Shown here: piece by piece, positions 8,475 to 18,367 of the stretch
How the letters are laid out: every line of letters begins with the position of its first letter
Position numbering within the stretch: position 1 is the first letter of the stretch
Assembly: GCA_020722185.1 (NCBI GenBank)
Contig: DYLH01000004.1
Coordinates: 7,882 to 64,202, forward strand
Length of the DNA: 56,321 bases
Source of the DNA: Candidatus Avelusimicrobium gallicola
GTDB lineage: Bacteria > Elusimicrobiota > Elusimicrobia > Elusimicrobiales > UBA9959
Reading direction: 5' to 3'
Position numbers and translations under genes: made by a program
The notes under the pieces: generated by a model
Seen by the model: only the letters and a program-made list of their open reading frames with translations
The model's database searches: none
Told to the model about the DNA's origin: nothing

Positions 8475-10615
8475 TTTCCCTCCGAATTTATAAATTTTTT
8501 TCTTTCTAGAGTCACTGATTCATTTATAGCTTTCTTTATTATTTCCGGATTATCATTTGGATCAAGTATTTTTATATTGTTGTCTCTAAATTTGCCTTTA
8601 AGTCGAAATGCGATGGCAGGACGGCCTTTGGAGTCCGTTAGCGCTTCAGGCAGTCCGCCAGAGGAATAGGACTTATTGTTTATAACACGCACATTAAGAT
8701 TCAGTTTTTCATTCATGAAATCCACTTCGCCACTGGTGTAAGCCATAAATTCCTTGCCATTTATATAAAAACTATTTAATACTATTTTACCATTATTTAA
8801 GCTGTAATCTGCTGCTGTATCAAAGAAATATACATTTTCTACATTTGAATTAATTCTCAAAGATCCGACTCTGTTTAGTCTATGTATAGTGGTTATTGGA
8901 AGAGAAATTAGATGATATAAATTGTTCTCTTCTGAGTTTTTTTGGACATTCATAAAAACTCCATTTTCAGCTTTGACTACAAAGGATCCAGCAATCTTTT
9001 TGAAATCTGTTTGAAAATTGGAAATAATAGCCTGAGCATATAATTTTTGGGAATGGGCCAATGGGTTTTCAAATCCATCAGAATTATAAAATACCTTTAT
9101 CTTCTTTCCTATAAAATTGTATTTTTCATCAGTCTTTCCTGTTTGTTTTCTTTTTTTTATTTCAGCTATGTGATTTATTAGAGATAGTATCTCTTCAATT
9201 TTTGTTTTATTTATATGGATTGAGAATTCTCCTTCTCTTAATGAAGTTTCATTATTTTTTATTGTTCCCAATAATGCCACTTTTTTATCATTGAAAAAAG
9301 AAAAAGCTTTCATCTTTTCTATATTTTTATCGGCTTCCCATTTAAAATTAAGTTTTGTAAATTTATTCTCACCAGCTTGTATCTCTCCACTAGTGATATT
9401 GAGAGCTTTGAACGAATCATTTAGAACTATTTTTCCACTTACATTGCTAAAATTAAAAATTTTTTCTTTGTCTAAAAAAGACATATTTGAAAAGGATGAG
9501 GAGATGTTCAATTTTTTATTTCCATTAATGCTTTTTGATAATCTTATCTCAAGATTTAGAATTCCATTCGGGTTTATTATAAAAGTGGATAAAGTCTTTT
9601 TTATTTTCTTGGCAGGCATTTTATTTACAAGGCATGTAATTGAGTATGAAAATTTGTTTTGGTTATAAGAAATTATGCCTGATGCGGAAGTGTTTATCTC
9701 TCGTGAGAGAAGGGATAAAGAGTAAGATTTAGAATTTTCAATTTTGTGAAATTTTGTAATTATTTTAGAGTTAGGTAATTCAAAATTGTCTTTTATATTT
9801 ATAATGTCTTTCAAGTTTGTATCCGGTATATTAAGCGTCAGTGTGCCAGAAGGTTCTGATAGATTTTCTATTTTGCCTTTTGCTGAATAAATTTTTTCAT
9901 CAATTGAAAGAGATGAATCTATATTTTCAAGACCGCATTCTTTAAGCGTTTTGCCATGCTTAAAATCAGCATTCAGGAAGAAGCGTGAGGCAGTATTTGT
10001 TTTTAAATAGTCTGTTTTGAAATCTGTTGAAATCGTAAAATTTGAGTATTCCGAGGACCTAGATAAATCAGTGAATAAATCTATTTTTTCAAAGATATGA
10101 AAAAGAGAGTTTTTCATATCCTCAATATCTATTTTTCCATCTTCAACTTCGATATTATTTATTTTAAAAAAACTGCCTTTTTTGTTTTTCCAGTTTGAGA
10201 GAATATCCTCAAATTCCCATGTCCCATCTATTTTTCTTATTAAAGATATTTCAGGAGAAATCATTTTGAAATTTTTTACTTCAATTTTGCCTGAAAGAAG
10301 AGAATAAGGGGAAAATATCCCAACTATTCTTGAACACTTTATGAAGAATTTCTGATTATCTTTTGAATATATTGAAAGGCCTTTAATTTGTATTCTGCCA
10401 TAAGGATCAAAAGATACGCTTTCAATTGAAGTCGGTCTCAAAAAGGTTTCCTGTACTTGCCAGCTCACAATTGCTCTTAGTTCTTTCGGCGAAAAATAAT
10501 GGTTTAACAGGTAATAGAAGGCAAAATATGAGAAAATAGCTAAAAAAGCGGATAAAATAAAAATAAATTTTAGAGAATGGTATAAGAGGTTTAAAATTTT
10601 TTTAAATTTCTTCAT
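8462..10615 (-). CDS. AsmA-like protein (N-terminal TM anchor, beta-rich periplasmic body)
   Basis: TM helix, 'PEISLIRKIDGTWEFEDIL' AsmA/DUF748-type motif, and an AsmA-like C-terminal 'ADYSLNNGKI...GEVDF'. Start 10615 gives an ATGA overlap with the upstream gene. Confidence 0.7.
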   Translation of the reverse strand: MKKFKKILNLLYHSLKFIFILSAFLAIFSYFAFYYLLNHYFSPKELRAIVSWQVQETFLRPTSIESVSFDPYGRIQIKGLSIYSKDNQKFFIKCSRIVGIFSPYSLLSGKIEVKNFKMISPEISLIRKIDGTWEFEDILSNWKNKKGSFFKINNIEVEDGKIDIEDMKNSLFHIFEKIDLFTDLSRSSEYSNFTISTDFKTDYLKTNTASRFFLNADFKHGKTLKECGLENIDSSLSIDEKIYSAKGKIENLSEPSGTLTLNIPDTNLKDIINIKDNFELPNSKIITKFHKIENSKSYSLSLLSREINTSASGIISYNQNKFSYSITCLVNKMPAKKIKKTLSTFIINPNGILNLEIRLSKSINGNKKLNISSSFSNMSFLDKEKIFNFSNVSGKIVLNDSFKALNITSGEIQAGENKFTKLNFKWEADKNIEKMKAFSFFNDKKVALLGTIKNNETSLREGEFSIHINKTKIEEILSLINHIAEIKKRKQTGKTDEKYNFIGKKIKVFYNSDGFENPLAHSQKLYAQAIISNFQTDFKKIAGSFVVKAENGVFMNVQKNSEENNLYHLISLPITTIHRLNRVGSLRINSNVENVYFFDTAADYSLNNGKIVLNSFYINGKEFMAYTSGEVDFMNEKLNLNVRVINNKSYSSGGLPEALTDSKGRPAIAFRLKGKFRDNNIKILDPNDNPEIIKKAINESVTLERKKFINSEGKWLK

Positions 10616-11313
10616 ATAATCTTCCACGCCAGATTATAGAGCTTTGTTAATAAAAACCAAACATATGAGAGTATTGAAAAAAAATTGTTTATAGATGCCC
10701 AAAAAAATGCCTTTATTGCTATTTTATATGGAAAGAGCATTTTAAGTATTAAAGCAAAAAAAACTATATTGATCGCAAACACAAACATGTAGGCAAAAAA
10801 AGGTTTTTTAGTTTGTTTGAAATCGCTTTGAATAGAACTTGTCATTATGGAAATAGTTTTTAATAAATGAAATGAGAGAAAAAATCCTTCTAAAATAAGA
10901 AAATAATTTCTAAATGGAGCCATTTCAAATATGAAAGATAGGGAAAAATATATAAATGCTATAAACATTGCATAGAAAGGAAAGATATATGGGGATATTG
11001 CCACCATGAATCCAGTTCTTTCTCCAAATAGCACATATCCAGAATTTTTCTTTATAGAAATTTTTTTGATTTTATTCCCAAAAAATAATCCGAATAATGC
11101 GTGTGTTGTTTCATGAGCAAAAATATATGGAGTTGAAAATTTATCGGGGAACTTAAAATACAAGGCTATGCAGAGGATCAGTCCGCCGCTAAAAAAAATG
11201 AATTCTGAATTCCTAAGAGAAAATATGGGCAGAAAAATTGCCAGAGCCTGAAATGAGGCTATATTTAGAGGTATTAAAACTAGTGAAGCGATATTCTTTA
11301 TTACTGATCGCAT
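10612..11313 (-). CDS. Membrane zinc metallopeptidase-like protein (M50/M50B-like)
   Basis: Multiple TM helices, HExxH (HETTH), later 'ISPY' and 'SD' motifs. Confidence 0.6.
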   Translation of the reverse strand: MRSVIKNIASLVLIPLNIASFQALAIFLPIFSLRNSEFIFFSGGLILCIALYFKFPDKFSTPYIFAHETTHALFGLFFGNKIKKISIKKNSGYVLFGERTGFMVAISPYIFPFYAMFIAFIYFSLSFIFEMAPFRNYFLILEGFFLSFHLLKTISIMTSSIQSDFKQTKKPFFAYMFVFAINIVFFALILKMLFPYKIAIKAFFWASINNFFSILSYVWFLLTKLYNLAWKII

Positions 11314-11318
11314 TAGAG

Positions 11319-11720
11319 TCAGGGCTTGGTCTTCAAAATTTTATGAATGAGAGCTGAAAGAACATTCACCTTTATTGGCTTTTCTATAAATTCTTTAACA
11401 TTTGGTTCTTGTTTTATCAATTCTATTGTGGTTCTATCCGCATATCTGCCGGTTATTATTATTATCGGTATTGAGGAAGTTTCATATGCTTGCAATTCCC
11501 TTAGTATTTCAAATCCTCCATATCCGGGCAGCATAAGGTCAAGCAAAATTAAATCTGGATTTATAGTCTTAGCCTTTTCTATGGCAGTTTTGCCGTCTGA
11601 AGCTTTTTCAACTTTGAATCCCTCTTTTTTTACTATAAATTCCAGCAAATCTCTTATGCTATCGTCGTCATCTACTATCAAGACGAGTTTGTTCTGAGGT
11701 TTGTCTAAATGTTCATCCAT
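11319..11720 (-). CDS. Single-domain response regulator
   Basis: LIVDDD, LLDLMLP, ITG, FIEKP. Likely start MDEHL at 11720, directly after the upstream stop. Confidence 0.9.
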   Translation of the reverse strand: MDEHLDKPQNKLVLIVDDDDSIRDLLEFIVKKEGFKVEKASDGKTAIEKAKTINPDLILLDLMLPGYGGFEILRELQAYETSSIPIIIITGRYADRTTIELIKQEPNVKEFIEKPIKVNVLSALIHKILKTKP

Positions 11721-11721
11721 A

Positions 11722-11952
11722 TTAAAGGTTTGTTGTGACCAGTGTCTCTGTTGTCTGAACTCCGTGTATCCCTCTGATTTCTCTAACAATAAGTCCGCTC
11801 AATTTGTCCATTGTATCTGCCTCTGCCATAAGTATGGCATCCCATGCTCCAAAGGTTAGATACACATCTTTAACCCCACGTATGCTTTTTATCTGGCCTA
11901 TTGCTTTTTGCTCAAGGCCCGCAACAAGTTTGCAAAGTATAAATGCCACCAT
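11722..11952 (-). CDS. Lrp/AsnC ligand-binding (RAM) domain-only protein
   Basis: MVAFILCK...GVKDVYLTFGAWDAI...IRGIHGVQTTETL; no HTH; GGAGG RBS. Confidence 0.85.
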   Translation of the reverse strand: MVAFILCKLVAGLEQKAIGQIKSIRGVKDVYLTFGAWDAILMAEADTMDKLSGLIVREIRGIHGVQTTETLVTTNL

Positions 11953-12024
11953 TGTGCCTCCATTTACAAGCAAAAACGACCACTATATTCAATTGGTTGA
12001 AAATATACTTAGGGGGAACCCTAC

Positions 12025-12720
12025 TTATATTCTTTTATTCCAGTCGCCGCTACAATATTTATTATAGGCAATTTCCCTTATATTTTCCAAATCTTTTTCA
12101 CTTATCTCGTATGTTTTCCAGCTTACTTGATATCCATTAGATAGAGCATCTCTCATTATTTCGCCGTAAAAGGCTGATTTATCCCTTGCATCTTCTATTT
12201 GAAAAGAAGCCTGATATAGCATATAGTCTGAAAATTTTCTGAGGGCTCCGCCCAGAACCTTCTTGCCATTGGAAAGCAAATCCTTTTCAACTGGTTTTGA
12301 AAAGCAGTCCATCACTGGATTGTTTACGGCATAGGAAGATGTTTTTGAGTTGAGTATATCAAGGGGAATTCCTTTTTTTGAAAACTGATCATTTATGGCG
12401 CTGTGCAGTTTTTCATAAACTGCGCTTGGATTAAAATCTCCGGGATTGTAAAAAATAAACGAGAAAGTCAGATCTGACTTGTGAAATACTATGCCTCCGC
12501 CGGTAGGTCTGCGTGTTATCGCAATAGCTTTGTCTTCCTCGCTTAGTTTCTCAATTACTTCTTTGTACCTCTGAGAAAAGCCAAATGTTATGCCGGGCTC
12601 TTTCCAGTTGAAAAATCTAAGCAAATATTTCTCTGGCATTCTCTGACAAAAAAACTCATCAGCGGCCATTTGTTCAAAAACATTCAAAGCAGGAGTGTCT
12701 ATTATGAGTCCATTGTTCAT
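12025..12720 (-). CDS. Lipoate-protein ligase / octanoyltransferase family (LplA/LipM-like)
   Basis: QMAADE, RRPTGGGIVFH, GKKVLGGA; located directly after the gcv genes. Confidence 0.85.
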   Translation of the reverse strand: MNNGLIIDTPALNVFEQMAADEFFCQRMPEKYLLRFFNWKEPGITFGFSQRYKEVIEKLSEEDKAIAITRRPTGGGIVFHKSDLTFSFIFYNPGDFNPSAVYEKLHSAINDQFSKKGIPLDILNSKTSSYAVNNPVMDCFSKPVEKDLLSNGKKVLGGALRKFSDYMLYQASFQIEDARDKSAFYGEIMRDALSNGYQVSWKTYEISEKDLENIREIAYNKYCSGDWNKRI

Positions 12721-12742
12721 AGGTATTGCTATCGCTTAAACT

Positions 12743-14188
12743 TTACCACTTTATATTTGGCTGTCTGGCCGCCAAAACCTCGTCCAGTCTTTTGACTGGC
12801 ATGGTATGAGGCGCCTGTTTAAGCATTTCTGGATTTTCCATTGCTTCACTGTGTATTTTTGTCATTGTTGATATAAAGGAGTCCAATGTTTCCTTGCTTT
12901 CGGTTTCAGTTGGCTCTATCATTATTGCCTCGTGAACTATCAATGGAAAATATACAGTTGGGGCATGAAATCCATAATCTAAAAGTCTCTTGGCGATATC
13001 CAGAGTTTTTATGCCCTTTTCCTGCAATTCTTTTGAAGGGGTAAGCACGCATTCATGCATGCAATACTCCTTTGAATAAGATGGGTAGAGCTTTTCTAGG
13101 GATGCCTTTATATAGTTTGCGTTTAGTATAGCATTCTCAGCTATGCTTTTAAATTCTTCTGGTCCATGGTTTAATATGTAGGCGTATGCTCTTAGGAGAA
13201 CCTGCGTATTGCAGAGATAGGCTTTTATCCTTCCTATGGAGAGTGGAACATTTTCATTTAGAAAATACTTGCCTTCTTTTTTCTCTACTCTTGGTTTTGG
13301 CAGGTGCGGCGAGAGAATTCTTTTGACAAGTATTCCGCCAGCTCCCGGCCCTCCGCCGCCATGGGGTGTGGAAAAAGTTTTATGCATATTGAGATGCATT
13401 ATGTCTATACCAAAATCGCCGGGTTTCACCAATCCTATCAAAGCGTTTAGATTTGCGCCATCCATGTATACAAGACTGCCATTGGCATGGGCTAGCTCGC
13501 ATATCTTTTTTATGTTTTTCTCAAAAATGCCAAGAGTATTTGGCACTGTAAGCATTATGACGGCAGTTCTAGGCGTTAGATTTTTTTTAAGTACATCCAG
13601 ATCAAGACGACCATCTGGAGAGGATTGTATGTTCACTGTTTTGAATCCAGCCATAGAGGCAGTGGCAGGATTTGTGCCATGGGCTGAATCCGGCACTATG
13701 ATCTCATCTCTCCCTTCGCCTTTAACTGAAAAATATTTTTTTGCTATAAGTATTCCCGTGTATTCTCCATGCGCCCCTGCCACAGGCCAAAGGGTGGCAT
13801 CATCCATCCCGCAAAGTTCGCAGAGCCTATTTTGAGCATCATATATGATTTCAAGCGTGCCTTGCGCATTTTCATCAAGCGAAAGAGGATGAAGTGATGT
13901 GAATCCCTCAAATGAAGATGTTTCTTCATTTATTCTCGGGTTATATTTCATTGTGCATGACCCAAGCGGATAAAAATGTGTATCTACCGAGAAATTAAAT
14001 TTTGAGAGCCTTGTGAAATGCCTCACTGTGTCAAACTCTGAAAGCTCCGGCAATTTGGGCTCTGACTTTCTTGTAAAATTGTTTGGTATATTGGTTTCAC
14101 ATGAGGGGCAATTGAACCTAATTCCTCTTTTGCCAGATCTTGATTTCTCTATGCTCAATTCATTGTCAAATTTCATTATATCGTTCAT
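12743..14188 (-). CDS. gcvPB: Glycine dehydrogenase (decarboxylating) subunit 2
   Basis: YPLGSCTMKYN, AHGTNPA, HLNMHKTFSTPHGGGGPG, EPTETE. Confidence 0.97.
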   Translation of the reverse strand: MNDIMKFDNELSIEKSRSGKRGIRFNCPSCETNIPNNFTRKSEPKLPELSEFDTVRHFTRLSKFNFSVDTHFYPLGSCTMKYNPRINEETSSFEGFTSLHPLSLDENAQGTLEIIYDAQNRLCELCGMDDATLWPVAGAHGEYTGILIAKKYFSVKGEGRDEIIVPDSAHGTNPATASMAGFKTVNIQSSPDGRLDLDVLKKNLTPRTAVIMLTVPNTLGIFEKNIKKICELAHANGSLVYMDGANLNALIGLVKPGDFGIDIMHLNMHKTFSTPHGGGGPGAGGILVKRILSPHLPKPRVEKKEGKYFLNENVPLSIGRIKAYLCNTQVLLRAYAYILNHGPEEFKSIAENAILNANYIKASLEKLYPSYSKEYCMHECVLTPSKELQEKGIKTLDIAKRLLDYGFHAPTVYFPLIVHEAIMIEPTETESKETLDSFISTMTKIHSEAMENPEMLKQAPHTMPVKRLDEVLAARQPNIKW

Positions 14189-15516
14189 ATCGACTCCTCT
14201 ATAGCTTTTTTAAGCAATGAAATATCATTTTCATCTTTTGTTTCTGTAAGGCAGACTAAAAGAGAGTTTTCAAATTCCTTGCCCATATGTCCAAGATCAA
14301 GCCCGGGATCTATATGAAAAGAGGAAGATACTTTTCTCCTTATTTCAGAGGCAGGAAGCGGCAGATCTATGACAAATTCATTGAAAAAAGGTTGATTATA
14401 TTTCAGTTTTACGCCTTTTATTTTAGACAGCTCTTTTGCCGCCTTTACCGCCAGACTATTGTTTATCAGGCAGGCTTCCTTTAGTCCGTCGGGGCCTAAA
14501 AGTGAGCAGTAGATTGTGGTAGCGAGAGCGCAGAGAGCTTGATTTGAGCATATATTCGAAGCAGCCTTGTCTCTCCTTATATGTTGCTCTCTAGCTTGAA
14601 GAGTCAGCACAAATCCACGCTTTCCATCTTTATCCTTTGTTAGTCCGCATATTCTGCCTGGCATTTGTCTGATATACTCTTTCTTAGATGTGAATATTCC
14701 AAGATATGGTCCGCCATAAGACATTGGAAGACCAAGAGATTGTCCCTCCCCGACAGCGAAATCAAAACCGCATGAACCGGGCGTTTTAAGTATGCCTAAA
14801 GAAAATGGGTCTGATATACATATTGAAAGAATCTTTTTTTCAGCAGCTTTTTTGCCTATAGCCTCTATGTCCTCTATTACTCCAAAATAATTTGGATTTG
14901 ACACCGCTATACATGCTGTTGAAGAATCCATCATTTTTTCAGCAGCAGTTATGTCCAGCTTTCCGTCTTTGAGAGGAATCATTTCAAAAACAAATTCTTT
15001 ATTGTCTGCTAAATATGTCCTAGTTACCTCTATATACCTATTGTCTATGCCTTGGGAGTAGAGTATTTTCTTTTTTCCGCTTATTCTCAAACATGCTTTT
15101 ACGGCCTCGGCAAAAGCCGTTGAGCCATCATACATTGAGGCATTGGAACAATCCATTTCATATAGAGCGCACATAGAGCTTTGATATTCGTATATGGTTT
15201 GTAGCAGCCCTTGACTTGCCTCTGCCTGATATGGCGTATAAGCAGTTAAAAATTCTCCTCTTGAAATGATAGCTTTAAGAGCAGACGGAGTGTAGTGATC
15301 ATAGACTCCAGCTCCGACGAAGCTTTTTATAACCGTATTTTTGTCAGATAGATCTCTCATCTTTTTATAGATCTCTATCTCGGAAAGCGCTTTTGGAAGT
15401 GAAATTTTAGGATTGAGAAACTCTTCTGGTATTGAGGAAATGAGTTCGGAAAAATCCTTAACCCCTATTGCTGAAAGCATTTCCTCCTTTTCTTGTTTTG
15501 TATTGGATATGTACAT
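14185..15516 (-). CDS. gcvPA: Glycine dehydrogenase (decarboxylating) subunit 1
   Basis: EFLTAYTPYQAEASQG, NASMYDG, LQAREQHIRRDKA.SNICSNQAL. Start MYISN at 15516. Confidence 0.97.
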   Translation of the reverse strand: MYISNTKQEKEEMLSAIGVKDFSELISSIPEEFLNPKISLPKALSEIEIYKKMRDLSDKNTVIKSFVGAGVYDHYTPSALKAIISRGEFLTAYTPYQAEASQGLLQTIYEYQSSMCALYEMDCSNASMYDGSTAFAEAVKACLRISGKKKILYSQGIDNRYIEVTRTYLADNKEFVFEMIPLKDGKLDITAAEKMMDSSTACIAVSNPNYFGVIEDIEAIGKKAAEKKILSICISDPFSLGILKTPGSCGFDFAVGEGQSLGLPMSYGGPYLGIFTSKKEYIRQMPGRICGLTKDKDGKRGFVLTLQAREQHIRRDKAASNICSNQALCALATTIYCSLLGPDGLKEACLINNSLAVKAAKELSKIKGVKLKYNQPFFNEFVIDLPLPASEIRRKVSSSFHIDPGLDLGHMGKEFENSLLVCLTETKDENDISLLKKAIEESI

Positions 15517-15558
15517 ACAGGGCTCCCTGAAAATAAACTGCGCATTGGCAAAGTTATT

Positions 15559-15600
15559 AAAAAGTTTTGGCGGCAACATTTTTAAATATTGCCGCAAAAC
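15559..15600 (-). terminator. Intrinsic terminator-like hairpin between gcvH and gcvPA
   Basis: GTTTTGCGGCAATATTT-AAAAATGTTGCCGCCAAAAC followed by TTTTT on the minus strand. Confidence 0.65.
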
Positions 15601-15615
15601 ATTAAAGAAACTGGT

Positions 15616-15999
15616 TTAGTGAACTTCTGTTTTTATAAACTCTTGATAGGCTTTGAAGTCCATTAAATCTGAAACATCTGCATTGGATACTTTCATTTTG
15701 TATATCCAACCATTATCTATCGGGGATTGATTTAATAGCGCAGGATCTTCAGAAAGTTTATTGTTGACTTCACTGACTTCTCCGCTGACTGGAGAGTATA
15801 TGTCAAAAGCTGACTTGACAGATTCCACAACGCAAGCTTGTTTGCCTTTTTCAAGTTTTGCTCCAACTTTAGGCAAATCTACAAAAACTATATCTCCCAT
15901 TTCATGCTGAGCATGATCTGAAACTCCGACAGTGGCCACATCGCCATCTATCTTTATCCATTCATGCGTTTTTGTGTATTTGAGCTCTTCTGGTTTCAT
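15616..15999 (-). CDS. gcvH: Glycine cleavage system H protein
   Basis: KYTKTHEW, GDIVFVDLP, VESVKSA (lipoyl-Lys). Confidence 0.97.
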   Translation of the reverse strand: MKPEELKYTKTHEWIKIDGDVATVGVSDHAQHEMGDIVFVDLPKVGAKLEKGKQACVVESVKSAFDIYSPVSGEVSEVNNKLSEDPALLNQSPIDNGWIYKMKVSNADVSDLMDFKAYQEFIKTEVH

Positions 16000-16050
16000 T
16001 TTTCCTCCGTTTAGAATATTCTATATCTTTAATTCAAAATTTTCAAAAAC

Positions 16051-17178
16051 TCAATTTTCAGTGTAGACTTTGCCAAAAGCTCCACCCTTGTAAAACGGCA
16101 AGTCATGAACAGTTGCTTTGATATTCTTGCCGCGTATTTCGACTTCCAAACTGTCACCCGGTTTAAGTTGAGGCATATCAAAATAGCCAACTCCTATTCC
16201 CTTTTTAAGAGTGGGGGAAAAGGTGGCGCTTTGCAATGTGCCGGTGAGTTTTCCTTGATAAAAAACTTTGCATCCTTCTCTGGGAATTCCGGTTTCAGTG
16301 ACAAGACCTATAAGTCTTATTTTAAGGCCTTCTGCTTTCTGTTTCTCATAAATTTCTTTTCCTATAAATTTATCTTTTTTTAGTTTTACTACCCAACCAT
16401 AATTTGCCTCATATGTGGTGTGTTCATCATCTATGTCATTGCCATAAAGAAGATACCCGCTTTCAAGACGAAGTGTATCTCTTGCTCCAAGTCCGCATGG
16501 AATTAGTCCTTCAGGTTTGCCTAACTCAAAAAATTTTTCCCATATTTCATTAATTACCTTATGGGGGGCAGCCACTTCAAATCCATCTTCGCCAGTATAT
16601 CCTGTTCGGCTTACGAATATCTTTTCTCCATTGAAAGAAGACTCGACTATGGAGAATCTGCCAAATTTAAGTATGGCAGGCTCAAATTTCTTCATTATAG
16701 ATATTGTTTTTGGGCCCTGAATGGCAACCATTGAGTAGTCTCCACTCTTGTTTTCTATCTTGACATTAAATCCCTTTGAATTTTCGAGCATCCATTCATA
16801 ATCTTTCAATGTGGTTGTTGCATTTACTATCACTAAATATCTGTTTGATTTCTTATCCAGACAGAAATTTATTACATCATCTACTATGCCCCTTCTGCCA
16901 TTTGGTAAATGAGAATAGCATCCTTGATTGTTTTCCAACTTCTTTACATCGTTGGCATTTATGTAATCTAAAAAAGCTGCCGCGTCAGGACCTGAAACAA
17001 AAATTTGCCCCATATGCGAAACATCAAAAATTCCAGCTCCTGTTCTTACTGCATTATGTTCTTTTGTTATTCCTTCAAACTGTATTGGCAGTTCCCAACC
17101 GTGAAAATCTACCATTCTTCCGCCATATTTTCGGCAGGTGCTGTTTAAGGCAGTTTTTCTTAGAGTATTTGTATTCAT
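16051..17178 (-). CDS. gcvT: Glycine cleavage system aminomethyltransferase T
   Basis: FDVSHMG, SRTGYTGEDGFE, GLGARDTLRLESG. Confidence 0.97.
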   Translation of the reverse strand: MNTNTLRKTALNSTCRKYGGRMVDFHGWELPIQFEGITKEHNAVRTGAGIFDVSHMGQIFVSGPDAAAFLDYINANDVKKLENNQGCYSHLPNGRRGIVDDVINFCLDKKSNRYLVIVNATTTLKDYEWMLENSKGFNVKIENKSGDYSMVAIQGPKTISIMKKFEPAILKFGRFSIVESSFNGEKIFVSRTGYTGEDGFEVAAPHKVINEIWEKFFELGKPEGLIPCGLGARDTLRLESGYLLYGNDIDDEHTTYEANYGWVVKLKKDKFIGKEIYEKQKAEGLKIRLIGLVTETGIPREGCKVFYQGKLTGTLQSATFSPTLKKGIGVGYFDMPQLKPGDSLEVEIRGKNIKATVHDLPFYKGGAFGKVYTEN

Positions 17179-17346
17179 TTTTTCCTCCGCTTGAATCTAT
17201 CAAATATTATACATTATACATAAAGGGAAAAAAGGAAAAAGGACAAAAGCAACAACTTATTGAAGCATTCCCGGATGTTTCGCTCAATTATGGGATGAGG
17301 ATAATACTATTACATAATGAAAAATACAGCGAATTTTACATGCTTT

Positions 17347-17463
17347 TTAAAGATTGCCAAGTTTATATCCGCATTTGGGACATTTTATCATTGAAAGAGA
17401 TGCTCAGCAGTTGACGCAGAATTTCCCTTCTTCGGCAGTTTTGCCGCAAAAAGTGCATGTTTT
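17347..17463 (-). pseudogene. Decayed (double) zinc-ribbon protein fragment
   Basis: Reads KTCTFCGKTAEEGKFCVNC*ASLSMIKCPKCGYKLGNL*. The TGA at 17404-17406 falls where a Gly (GGA) is expected. No in-frame ATG upstream. Confidence 0.6.
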
Positions 17464-17602
17464 GGAATCAGGAAATAAATAAGCAGAAAATAGAAAACAA
17501 TAATAAAAGTTTGTAATTTTTGCGCCTTATTCTTCCCCAAAAAAACCTGCAATTACCGAAATTATGCAATATTTTTCTAAAAGCTGATTTTGGAAAATTA
17601 TT

Positions 17603-18367
17603 TTATAATTCCGCTTCTATTACTACCGGACAATGGTCAGAGCCCATTATATTTCCCAACATGTAAGAATCTTTTATCAGATTTATATGTTCTTTGTCTA
17701 TAAAAAAATAGTCTAGCCTCCATCCTATATTTCTTTCACGCGCTTTTGTCTTGTAATCCCACCAGCTATAAGCGATTTCATTTGGATGTAGGTGTCTGAA
17801 AGTGTCAATCCATCTATATTTTTCTATTTTATCCAGCCAATCTCTTTCAATTCTGAGAAATCCAGTATTATTTTTATTTTCTTTTGGCCGGGCAAGATCT
17901 ATTTCATTGTGAGCGGTGTTCACATCTCCACAGAAAATTACGGGCTTTTTTTGTTTCCTTAATTCCTCTATATAATCTAAAAAAGCCTCATAAAACTCAA
18001 GTTTGTATTTTATCCTCTCTGGCCCCATTCCACCATTTGGGAAGTAGCAATTTATAAAATGAAAATCCTCATACTCTGCGTGAATCATTCTTCCTTCATT
18101 GTCGAACTCTGATATCCCCATTCCAGTTTTAAAGCTTTTGGGTTTCTGTTTGGAAAAGATGGCTGTTCCGCTGTAACCTTTTTTTTCAGCTGAATTGAAC
18201 TCAACAAAATAGTTTTCTATTGTGTAATCTTTCTCTTTTAGCTGATCTATTGACGCTTTTGTTTCTTGAAGCGCAAGGATATCAGATTTCTCCTTTTTCA
18301 TGAAATCAAAGAAGCCTTTTTTGAGTATGGCTCTATATCCATTCACATTCCATGATATGAGTTTCAT
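17603..18367 (-). CDS. xth: Exodeoxyribonuclease III
   Basis: SWNVNG, LQETK, GYSG, YFPNG, GDVNTAH, GWRLDY, GSDHCP. Confidence 0.95.
   Translation of the reverse strand: MKLISWNVNGYRAILKKGFFDFMKKEKSDILALQETKASIDQLKEKDYTIENYFVEFNSAEKKGYSGTAIFSKQKPKSFKTGMGISEFDNEGRMIHAEYEDFHFINCYFPNGGMGPERIKYKLEFYEAFLDYIEELRKQKKPVIFCGDVNTAHNEIDLARPKENKNNTGFLRIERDWLDKIEKYRWIDTFRHLHPNEIAYSWWDYKTKARERNIGWRLDYFFIDKEHINLIKDSYMLGNIMGSDHCPVVIEAEL

Noticed and set aside
17404-17406. Genome-wide UGA recoding (Gly or Trp) or selenocysteine
   Set aside because: TGA terminates many intact genes here (cydA, cydB, gcvT, tnaA, several ATGA overlaps), and the position corresponds to Gly rather than a catalytic Cys.
17179-17602. 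Glycine riboswitch upstream of gcvT
   Set aside because: A GCCGAAG is present on the minus strand, but the GGAGA and CTCTCAGG elements are missing. That stretch is better explained as zinc-ribbon codons.
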